Positions 1 through 12,400 of a stretch of 64,000 nt of DNA are shown piece after piece. The notes under the pieces were generated by a model. The model was not told the origin of the DNA. It saw only the letters and a program-made list of their open reading frames with translations, and made no database searches. The translations under genes were made by a program, and so were the position numbers. The stretch lies in assembly GCF_009914755.1 (NCBI RefSeq), contig NC_060925.1. One strand, given 5' to 3'. Source of the DNA: the human T2T-CHM13v2.0 reference genome, Homo sapiens. Position 1 is the stretch's first letter; each line of letters opens with the position of its first letter.

Positions 1-58
1 AGCCTGGTGACAGAGCGAGACTCCGTCTCAAAAAAAAAAGAAAAAGAAAAAGAAAAAG
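1..58 (+). mobile_element. Alu 3' end with A-rich tail (cut by window edge)
   Basis: gacagagcgagactccgtctc followed by A-rich tail. Confidence 0.9.
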
Positions 59-689
59 CTAAGATGCAGCAGGTGGAGCCGCCTGCCGTTGGGTTTCAGC
101 TTTTCTTATGGAAAGAATGTTACGGCCTGGGTGCCTCCATTCTCTGATTTCTTTTTCTTTCTTGACTTTTTAAAATTGAAACAAAACTCCCTAAAACATG
201 AAATCTGAAGCGTTCAACTCCACGAGTTTTTACAAAGCAAACTGCACCGCGTCACATAGCTGATCCGTGTGTAGCTTGTCCTCTGGACGCGGGGCCACCC
301 CCACACCCCGAGGTGACCCCAGGCGTAACCTACCCGTCCCCGGCCTTGGTGCCTGCAGATAGTTTTGCTTGTTTCGAGCTTTTGTCTTGGGATCCGGGGC
401 CATCCACCCTGGGTGTGGCCGCTCAGTCGGGCCCCTGTGTGGGGCTTTCCCGTGGTGTGGGGTGCGGTTCTGCCGTGTCCGTCCCCACTGCGGGGCTGCT
501 CTGCTGGCTGAATTCTCCACGTCTTATGTATCCACCCTCATCTTGCGAGGCACCGGGGTCCCGGCTTTTGGCCACAGACATCCGAGCGCCTTCTGTTGCC
601 CGTGGCGCATCTTTCATGTGGGCACACCCAGGAGTGGAGTTTCCGGGAAACAGACGTTTCCCTCGCGTGGCCGCACCAGGTCGCACTCT

Positions 690-1441
690 GCACTGTGTTT
701 CTGCCTCCAGTTATGTGGGGTTTTCTGCACCCACAGCCACTCTGGCGCCAGCTGGGTGTCCTGTGTTTCCATTCAGCTCTGACATCAATTACCTGACGTT
801 AGCGCAGACCCTGCAGATGAAGGGCTCATTCCCACAAGCCTGCCCCTACTTGAGAGCCAGCTGCAAGTGCCAGGTGACAACCTGGATTCTGACCAACTGG
901 CTGTGAATCGGGGGTGTCCGTGACCCCTTCCTGAGGCTCGGGTGGGCTAGAATAGCTCCCGGAACTCAGGAAAACACTTTGCTTAGTGTACCCGTTTATT
1001 AGAAAGGACAGCCACACGGAGGAGCTGCACGGGAGGCTGAGGTATGGGGGGTGCAGAGCTTCCGTGCCCTCTCCAGGCACGCCACCCTCCAGCACCTTGG
1101 TATATTCACCAACTCGGACACTCTCCAGACCATGTCATTGAGGGCTTTTTGTGGAGGCTTCGTGACAGGCACGGTTGATTCAACAGCCAGCCACTGCTGA
1201 TTACCTCAGTCTCTCCTGTCTCCTCTCTGGACCGTGGGCTGTGGGACGGAAAGTTCCAACCCGCTAGGCATTCCTTGGTCCTGCTGAAGACCAGCCGCAT
1301 CCTGGAGCTGTCCCGGCTCCCGGCTCCCCGTCATCTCATTAGCATGCAAAAAGACACTCTTACCGCACTCCAGGATTCCTAGGGTCAGAGGGGCTGCGCG
1401 CCGGGAAACTGAGACAAAGGCTGAATCTGTGTTGATGGCAC
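690..1441 (-). mobile_element. MER21-like LTR inserted in old L1 sequence
   Basis: ccagctgggtgtcct, gaactcaggaaaacacttt and ctcattagcat motifs resemble the remembered MER21 consensus; boundaries approximate. Confidence 0.6.
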
Positions 1442-2123
1442 AGTCACTCTGGGTCGTGTGGGAATTCCCGATGCACCTCCTTCCAGCACATGGACTGTCA
1501 GAGCCCTGCGTTGTCGCCAGCACAGCAGATCTGAAAGGCACTAGGCTGTGGCCTCGCGACGGCTGAGGTGAGCTGCTTCTCCGAGGCTCCCGGGTTATTG
1601 GGGACCCTCCTTTTAAAGGTGCCTGTTCCAGTCTTTTGCCCCATTTCAAAATTGGGCTGTCAAAGAACAATGTCATTGGGGGGTCCGTCTTTTTTGTTGG
1701 TTCCTGGGGGCTGTGTGTGTTTTAGAGACAAGTGCTTTGATTTTTTGTGTTGCAAACAGCTTCTGTCACTCCGCGGCTCGCCTTCCACTCCATGGATGGT
1801 GTCTTCTGATGAACAGAAAGTAAAAGCTTACTTTATAATTAGGGCTTTTGCGTCCTGGCTGTGTGTGGGGCCTCTTTCTGGACTGATCTGTCCCCTTTGT
1901 TTTTTGCCCCCATGTCGTACTGTTCTGATTTCTTCTGCTTTATAATCACCATTGGTAACTTGTGTTATGAGTCTCCAATTTGGGGTTTTTAGTTTTCAAG
2001 GTTATCTTGGTTATTGGCTTTTTACATTTCCATACACATGGGCTTGTTAATAAGCCATTTACAGTTGGCTTATTTGCTTTCAAAATCTCCATAAGACATT
2101 TGGATTGCATTTGGATTTCTTGA

Positions 2124-2506
<383 letters not shown>

Positions 2507-3254
2507 TTAAATTCTTTCAATAATATTTTGTAGTCTTGTGTGTAGCGGTCATCCACATTTTTTGTTCAAATGATTCCCTGGTATTTCAGTGCTTATGCTG
2601 TTTTAAGCCGTATTACTTTTACAGTTTTTTTTTTTTATCTTTTTGTTTATAGCAATGTGTAAAGAAGTGTGATTAACTCATTTGTCTTGGCCTCTCCTGG
2701 TCCCCGTAGTTTGTCTGTGGTTGCTCCGGAACCTCTCTGTGCGCTGCCATTTTGTCAGTGACCGGCTGTTTGTTTCTGCCTTTCCTTCAGATGTTGCCTT
2801 GTTACCCTGGCACTGTTGATCCTTCCAAAACAGTATGGGACAGAAGTGGTGACAGCCACATCCTCTCGTGCCTGATTTCAGGGAAAAGCTTTAAGAATTC
2901 CACCATTAAGGGTGCTGTTTGCGGAAATACTGTTTTTCCTTCGTAAATCCCCACCAACAAATTAAAGAGGTTCTATTTTATTCCTAGTTGAAAGTTGTTA
3001 ATATGAATGGTGCTGAATTTTTTCAGATGCTTTTTTTCCTTCATCTATTGATGTGACAGAACTTTTCTCCTTTATTCTGTTCATACGATGAATTCTATGG
3101 ATTGGCTCTTAATGGTAGACCGATGGCATTCCTGTAGTGTGCCTCGTTTGGTTGTGATGAGTTCGCCTTTTTATATTTTGCTTGATTCAGTTTGCTATTA
3201 TTTTGTTTGTTGTTTTTGCAACTGTATTTATGAGAGAGATTAGCCTATTATTTC

Positions 3255-3902
<648 letters not shown>

Positions 3903-3976
3903 AAATGTTGCTCTTTAGATGAAAATATTATTGTCATTAACATCTGATCTGTATGATGTTAGTGTGACCACACCAG

Positions 3977-3979
<3 letters not shown>

Positions 3980-4029
<50 letters not shown>
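3980..4029. repeat. (TG)25 microsatellite
   Basis: Uninterrupted TG run. Confidence 0.97.
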
Positions 4030-4031
<2 letters not shown>

Positions 4032-4487
4032 ATGAGGGGAGGGAGGGAAGGGGACTTAGTGTTTATATGCTCTATTTTTTCATCCTTTCACTTTCTTTTC
4101 TGTATATTTTGGAAATGACTCTTAAAAGCAGAAGTTAGTTATTTTTAATCCAGTCTGAAAATGGCTGTGTTTTAAATGAAAGATTTAGTCCGTTTACATT
4201 TAATGTCATTCTGATGTGTTACATTGTAGCTTTGTCATCTTGCTATGGGTCCTTATTTGTCCGGTCTGTTCTTTGTTTTGTCCCTCTTTCTTGCCTTCTT
4301 TTGGTTTAATCAGATGTTTTTATTCCACTTTCCTCCCTTTATTATTATAGCTTTGTTAAGTAATACTTCTCTTAATGTTATTTTAATGGCTACCTTAGAA
4401 ATTATGAGTCACATCCTTGGAACGTAGCATAAACTACTTTTACCATTTTCTTCAAAACCTTATAACAGTTTAATTCTTATTTTTTCC

Positions 4488-4790
<303 letters not shown>

Positions 4791-5052
4791 AATTATTCTT
4801 CTTTCCTTATTGTTAGTTTGTGCTATTATTTTATCAGTCTTTGTGCTGTTATTATCATGCCTGTAAATTCTACGTGTATTTCAGACCCACAAACCAAGTG
4901 TTGTCTTAGACAGTGGTCCTTCAGATTTACCCCCAGGTTACCCTTCTAGTCTTCCTGCAGGACGGCGCTTACATGGAGACCAGCTTCCTTCTGCCTGAAG
5001 TAGTCCCTTTAGTATTCCTTTCAGCACAGACTTGTAATTAATTCTTTTTATT

Positions 5053-5225
<173 letters not shown>

Positions 5226-5567
5226 TGTTTTTTGTTTGTGTGGGAAATGTCTTTGGCATTCTTTCTGGAGGGTGTTCTCCACTCTGTGTGGAGTTCTAGG
5301 CAGGTAGGGGGTTTCCCCCAACAGGTTTCTGTGTTGGCTTGGAGTGTTTGTCATTTCTGTGGTGAGGGCGCCTTCCAGCCTCACTGCCACCCCTGGAAGG
5401 CAACATCTCTTTTCTCTGACTCCTGTTAAAAGTGTTTTCATCACAACAGCAGCCTTGTGAAGGACAGAGGAATCGAGAATTTCTCCTAATTGAGATTGGT
5501 AGAGCTTCTTGAATCAGGGACATGATAGCTTTTGTCTCTTTTGGAAAATATCAGCCCTTGACTTTTC

Positions 5568-5872
<305 letters not shown>

Positions 5873-6117
5873 CAGCCCTTGGCTTTTCAAATAGCATCCT
5901 GTTCTCTCTCCCCTGGGACCCCCACACTTCACACCTGTGTGTCTAATGTGCTCTTTTTTCTGGGTTTCTTCTGCGTTGGTTTTTTCCCGCTTTGTGCTTC
6001 AATGTGGATTTTTTTCTACTGTTATCTCTTATTTCACCCAATCTACTCTTAAATCTACCCTTTAAATTATTAATTTCAGTCACTTCATTTTTTACTTTTA
6101 GAATTTCCATTTGATTC

Positions 6118-6389
6118 TTTTTTTTTTTTTTTTGCCCAGGATGGCAATGGCACGCTCTCGGCTCACTGCAACCTCCGCCTCCCAGGTTCAAGCAATATTC
6201 CTGCCCCAGCCTCCCAAGCAGCTGGGATTACAGGGTCACACTACCACGCCCCACTAATTTTTATGTTTTTATTAGAGACGGGGTTTTGCCATGTTGGCCA
6301 GGCTGGTCTCGAACTCCTGACCTTGGGTGATCCGCTTGCCTCAGCCTCCCGAAGTGTTGGGATTACAGGCGTGAGCCACTGCGCCTGGC
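6118..6389 (-). mobile_element. Alu (AluS-like)
   Basis: Poly-T plus reverse Alu with a small deletion near the tail. Confidence 0.88.
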
Positions 6390-6616
6390 ATCGTAGTTCT
6401 CTCTTCTGGGGTGGGAATGTCTATTCTGTGTCCTTCTCACGTGCAAAATACTGTCATTACATCCCAATGGCCCCAGAACCCTTAACTCCTCCCAGTGTGG
6501 CGGGGGCAGTCTTGTCTGAACAAGGCATGGGGGAGCCTGGAGGCCCATTCCTCCTGAGGCCAAGTTCCTCCCTGGCTGTGGGCCAGCATAAGCGAACAAG
6601 GCGTGTACTTCCGGAA

Positions 6617-9480
6617 TGCTATGGACTGAGTGTGTGTCTCCCCAGAATCCATATGTTGAAGCCCTAACCCTCCAGTGTGATGGTGTTTGGAGACGAAGCC
6701 TTTGACAGGTAGTTAGAGTCATGGCGGTAGTTAGTTAGAGTCATGGCGGTAGTTAGTTAGGGTCACGGTGGTAGTTAGGTTCATGGTGGTGGTTAGGGTC
6801 GTGGTGGTTAGGGTCACGGTGGTAGTTAGGGTCACGGCGGTGGTTAGGGTCACGGCGGTGGTTAGGGTCACGGCGGTGGTTAGGGTCACGGCGGTGGTTA
6901 GGGTCACGGCGGTGGTTAGGGTCACGGTGGTAGTTACTTAGGGTCACGGTGGTGGTTAGGGTCACGGCGGTGGTTAGGGTCACGGTGGTGGTTAGGGTCG
7001 TGGTGGTGGTTAGGGTCACGGCGGTGGTTAGGGTCACGGCGGTGGTTAGGGTCACGGTGGTGGTTAGGTTCATGGTGGTGGTTAGGTTCGTGGTGGTGGT
7101 TAGGTTCGTGGTGGTTAGGGTCACGGCGGTGGTTAGGGTCACGGCGGTGGTTAGGGTCACGGCGGTGGTTAGGGTCACGGCGGTGGTTAGGGTCACGGCG
7201 GTGGTTAGGGTCACGGCGGTGGTTAGGGTCACGGCGGTGGTTAGGGTCACGGCGGTGGTTAGGGTCGTGGTGGTTAGGTTCATGGTGGTGGTTAGGGTCA
7301 CGGTGGTGGTGGTGGTGGTTAGGGTCGTGGTGGTGGTTAGGGTCGTGGTGGTGGTTAGGGTCACGGTGGTGGTTAGGGTCGTGGTGGTTAGGGTCGTGGT
7401 GGTGGTTAGGGTCGTGGTGGTTAGGGTCACGGTGGTGGTTAGGGTCATGGTGGTGGTTAGGGTCGTGGTACTTAGGTTCATGGTGGTGGTTAGGGTCACG
7501 GTGGTGGTTAGGGTCACGGTGGTGGTTAGGGTCACGGTGGTGGTTAGGGTCGTGGTGGTGGTTAGGGTCACGGTGGTGGTTAGGGTCGTGGTACTTAGGT
7601 TCATGGTGGTGGTTAGGGTCACGGTGGTGGTTAGGGTCACGGTGGTGGTTAGGGTCACGGTGGTGGTTAGGGTCACGGCTGTAGTTAGGGTCACGGTGGT
7701 GGTTAGGGTCATGGTGGTAGTTAGGGTCGTGGTGGTTAGGGTCACGGCGGTGGTTAGGGTCACGGTGGTGGTTAGGGTCACGGCGGTGGTTAGGGTCGTG
7801 GTGGTGGTTAGGGTCACGGTGGTGGTTAGGGTCGTGGTACTTAGGTTCATGGTGGTGGTTAGGGTCACGGTGGTGGTTAGGGTCACGGTGGTGGTTAGGG
7901 TCACGGTGGTGGTTAGGGTCGTGGTGGTGGTTAGGGTCGTGGTGGTTAGGGTCGTGGCGGTGGTTAGGGTCACGGCGGTGGTTAGGGTCACGGCGGTGGT
8001 TAGGGTCACGGTGGTGGTTAGGGTCACGGCGGTGGTTAGGGTCACGGCGGTGGTTAGGGTCACGGCGGTGGTTAGGGTCACGGCGGTAGTTACTTAGGGT
8101 CACGGTGGTGGTTAGGGTCACGGTGGTGGTTAGGGTCGTGGTGGTTAGGGTCACGGTGGTGGTTAGGGTCGTGGTGGTGGTTAGGGTCGTGGTGGTGGTT
8201 AGGGTCACGGCTGTAGTTAGGGTCACGGTGGTGGTTAGGGTCATGGTGGTAGTTAGGGTCGTGGTGGTTAGGGTCACGGCGGTGGTTAGGGTCACGGTGG
8301 TGGTTAGGGTCACGGCGGTGGTTAGGGTCACGGTGGTGGTTAGGGTCGTGGTGGTGGTTAGGGTCACGGCTGTAGTTAGGGTCACGGTGGTGGTTAGGGT
8401 CATGGTGGTAGTTAGGGTCGTGGTGGTTAGGGTCACGGCGGTGGTTAGGGTCACGGTGGTGGTTAGGGTCACGGCGGTGGTTAGGGTCACGGCGGTGGTT
8501 AGGGTCGTGGTGGTGGTTAGGGTCGTGGTACTTAGGTTCATGGTGGTGGTTAGGGTCACGGTGGTGGTTAGGGTCACGGTGGTGGTTAGGGTCGTGGTGG
8601 TGGTTAGGGTCACGGTGGTGGTTAGGGTCGTGGTGGTGGTTAGGGTCGTGGCGGTGGTTAGGGTCACGGCGGTGGTTAGGGTCGTGGTGGTGGTTAGGTT
8701 CGTGGTGGTGGTTAGGTTCGTGGTGGTGGTTAGGGTCACGGTGGTGGTTAGGGTCGTGGTAGTTAGGTTCATGGTGGTGGTTAGGGTCGTGGTGGTTAGG
8801 GTCATGGTGGTGGTTAGGGTCATGGTGGTGGTTAGGGTCACGGTGGTGGTTAGGGTCGTGGTGGTGGTTAGGGTCGTGGTAGTTAGGTTCACGGTGGTGG
8901 TTAGGGTCATGGTGGTAGTTAGGGTCGTGGTGGTTAGGGTCACGGTGGTGGTTAGGGTCATGGTGGTGGTTAGGGTCGTGGTGGTTAGGGTCACGGCGGT
9001 AGTTAGGGTCACGGTGGTGGTTAGGGTCACGGTGGTGGTTAGGGTCACGGTGGTGGTTAGGGTCGTGGCGGTGGTTAGGGTCACGGTGGTGGTTAGGGTC
9101 GTGGTAGTTAGGTTCATGGTGGTGGTTAGGGTCGTGGTGGTTAGGGTCATGGTGGTGGTTAGGTTCATGGTGGTGGTTAGGGTCACGGTGGTGGTTAGGG
9201 TCACGGTGGTAGTTAGAGTCACAGGGTAGAACCCTTGTGGTGGGATTTGTGCCCTTTATAGGATGAGAGGATGAGACACAAGAGAGGTTGTGCTGCGCCT
9301 GTGCTCTCTGCTCCACATGAGAACATGGTGAGCATGAGGCCGCCAGCAAGCAAGGAGATACCCCGCCCTGCAGGTTCCGTCATCCTGACTCCAGCCTCGG
9401 AAACATGAGAAAGTCAATGCCTGTCACTTAAGCCGCCCAGTCTGTGGTATTTTGCTGTGGTGGCTGAGCCGACGGAGACA
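6617..9480 (+). mobile_element. MLT1A-type (MaLR) solo LTR split by an internal minisatellite; LTR parts ~6617-6725 and ~9210-9480
   Basis: 5' TGCTATGGACTGA..CATATGTTGAAGCCCTAACC..TGTGATGGT; 3' GGGATTTGTGCCCTTTATA..TTAAGCCGCCCAGTCTGTGGTATTTTG..GAGACA. The two halves total ~370 bp, the size of an MLT1A LTR. Confidence 0.75.
6708..9222. repeat. Telomere-like minisatellite; 18-bp unit GGTTAGGGTCACGG(T/C)GGT with 15-bp variant GGTTAGGGTCGTGGT; ~140 units
   Basis: Directly visible tandem array in intron 4. Confidence 0.98.
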
Positions 9481-12400
9481 GTTCCATAGGTCTTGATTGT
9501 CCTGGTGGCCCTGAACCCCAGTTTTTGTCTCCAGTGAGATGCCTGGCCCGGCTTTCTGTGTGACCTCCGAAGGGTCAGCAGACGCCGTGCATGTGCAGGG
9601 CTTGGGTGGCGCATCTCTCTGGCAACACCTTCTCTTCTGACGCACTTGTCTGGTCTCGGATGCCTCCAACGCGGTTTTTACTTATTTTCCAGCTTTCGTC
9701 GATTGTTCGTGGGAGGAGGGTTAGACTCCTCGCGTGGCGTCCCTGGCCACATCCTCAGCGCTGTGTCCCCTCGCAGCTCAGTTCCTGGTTCTGAGTTATT
9801 GTGACTCAGCCGCACGTCCTCCCAGGGGCCTTGCCAGCCTGGCTCTGTGCCGGGCGCTGGGCAATCTCTGCCTCCAGCCTGGGCCTTTGGGTCTGTTTGA
9901 GGGTGGGGGACACGGAGCTCAGCAGTGAGGAACTCGGAGCAGCTTCTTGTTGTTGGTGTTGATGTGTTTTGTTTGTTTTAGTGAATCCAGAAAAAAAATT
10001 TCTTACATAGAAAGGAGCGGTATTTGGTATGAATTTATTTGCAACTGACTGCTTGGAAGTTGGCGTACATCTTTCCACGGAAACTATGAAAATACTGGTC
10101 AGCCTCTCAGTCATTTCATAAAATCTTGATTTTGTATTACAACAAATTAGGATATTTTCAGTAGAACTGATTGTAAGGCCAGACTGTTGGAATGTAATTC
10201 CTTCCCAAACATCTCTCAGGGGCACTTTCCTGAACGGCTGCTGACAGCAGCATTTGAGGACGGTGGGGCGGAGGACATCCTGGGGGGCCTGGCTTCTTGG
10301 GAACTGGAGGCTTTGGCCCTTGTCCCACCCCTGCTCCCCTGAGGAGGGAGGCGTGGGGCCCTGGGCTGGCTGCAAGACGTGGAGTGACTGTGGGTCCCCG
10401 TGGCCCCTGACATGCTCCCAGGGAACCCAAGAAAAGACTGAGACCCTGTGGTGCCTCCCGCTTTCCATCCGCATTCCATGGCAGGTGAGTCTGATTATTC
10501 GAAGGAGGCTGGAGTGTGGGCGGAGGGCAGCGCCAGGTTTCCCAATCAGATTTGCTCAGGGTCCCTCCAGCAGTCCATGCCGCAGAGGCTGTCCCTTGGG
10601 GGCCCACGCATCCTAGCCACGGCCTCCTCACGTCCATGCGGGGATTTGCGCCCTGGAAGGAGCCGCCCGGCTGCCTCTCGCCAACATGCAGCACTTCCCT
10701 TCCTTTCCATGGAGCACGGTTCCTGTCCCGGGGGTCCATATTGGCCACTGTGGGAGAGAGTCGGGCAGCTGAATTCCCGCAGGTGGGAATGCCAGGGCCC
10801 GAGGATGTTGCCCCTGTCCTGAAGGCTGTCGCCCGATCGCTCTATCCAAGGCTGCCCTGGGGCAGCGTCACCTGGGGGTCCTGCGGGGGCTTCTCAGCAC
10901 AGCATCCAGCACTGCCACCTAGTGTGTTCCCGTCACGTCTCCTCCCCCCGCCTGCACCAGGCACCAGAGACCCGGATGCCAAGGCCTGTCAGCTTCCTCA
11001 ATGGGAAACTTTTCTTCAGTGAACAAAGCTCTGTTTTATAGACTTTTTAAATTTTCAGCTCAAAAACCAAAGTCTGCCAGTGTTGGTGGCCTTGGAGGGC
11101 TGGTCTGCTGCCCTGGGCTGCAGGGGCTGCCCGGCTGGGGTCGTGGTCGGGGCAGGTGCCGCCCACAGGTTGTTTGGCTGCAGGTGATGGGCAGGTCCCC
11201 CATCACGTGTCCAGAGGTGGGTGCTGCTGGTGGGTAATCCAGCTCATTACCTGTCTCCCCCCAGCCGCCTTGGGCTGGGGACCCTGCCCCGCCGACCCTG
11301 CCATGCCCACCCCCCTCCAGCCTGATTGCGTGTCTCAGTCACATGACCGCCCTGGGCCCGTGATGTCACTGGGAAATGCCCTCGTTTGATTGGCTTAGAC
11401 CCCAGATGAACAAGCCCAAGGTCTTGGGGCATCAGAGCCACCCATGAGGGCAGCTGGATGCAGCGGCCACAGCCTGTGGTTGGGGAATGGCATTGCGCAG
11501 CTCCACCACGAGGGGACCTGAGGCTTGGACTGTGAGACTGGCCCAGGCTCGCCACTTGCCCCTCACCCGGGGTTGCCTTCCCGAGGGCCGCGGACACCTG
11601 AGCAGTCCCCATGCCACTGCATTGTGGCAGGGACACGGCCGCCCATCCCTCCTGGGTCCCTTATCCACCTGCCTGTCCCTTCGTATCACTGACACCCTGA
11701 TACCCATTGTGCTGCGCCGTGTGGCCCGGTGCCCACAGGGCCGGGTTCTGCCTGTTCCTGGGGGTCCGTGTGTCCCACGTGCCTAGACGTGAGAGGACGG
11801 AAGTCGGCAGAGCTTGGCTCCCTGTTCGCCCGACTGGCGCCTCGGCTGTGCCTCTTCTGTCTCTCGAGCTCTTCTGTGCCGTGTGGTTGCACTAAGCAGC
11901 TGTGGGGAAGGGGGAGGTTGTTGCCTCAGTGGGAGCCTGGCCTGTGGCTGCCAGTCCCCAAAACAGACCCTGCGCCCCGGGCAACCATCTGCTTCCCGCC
12001 ACAGTGGTGCCCAAAACCTTTTCCAAGTCGTCTTCTGTGACTTTAGTGTTATTCTTCAGTCACCTTTAAAAGCATAGCATGTTTTCAATCACATGTTCAG
12101 CTGGGAAATAGATCTGTGGTTAGAAACGGGAAGTTTGAGTTGCAGGCTTGCGATCCGGGCAGGTCCCTCAGATGGAGGGGCTGCACCTCCACTGCCCCCC
12201 CCACCGCCGCCCCTGCCCCACGGCCACCCCAGATCCTCAGACGCCCCTCCCTGTGCCTTCTCACCCTCTGGTCCTGGCTGGGCCCGTCCCGCCCCACGTC
12301 CCGCCTCCCACTGCCCTCAGCCTCTGGAACGGTGCCTGCATGGCTGGCACTATCCAGCGCAGAAGGAATGAAGGACTTCTGTTCAGACAGCTCTGCTGGG

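Noticed and set aside
6708-9222. True interstitial telomere or chromosome fusion site
   Set aside because: No tandem (TTAGGG)n runs and no head-to-head inversion. Hexamers are isolated within an LTR-derived unit.
6731-9349. Long ORFs of 374-762 aa (VTLTTT, HHRDPN and VVRVT repeats)
   Set aside because: They result from 15/18-bp stop-free repeat units inside an intron and an LTR. There are no splice signals or protein features. Non-canonical translation of a Val/Arg-rich product cannot be excluded but has no support here.
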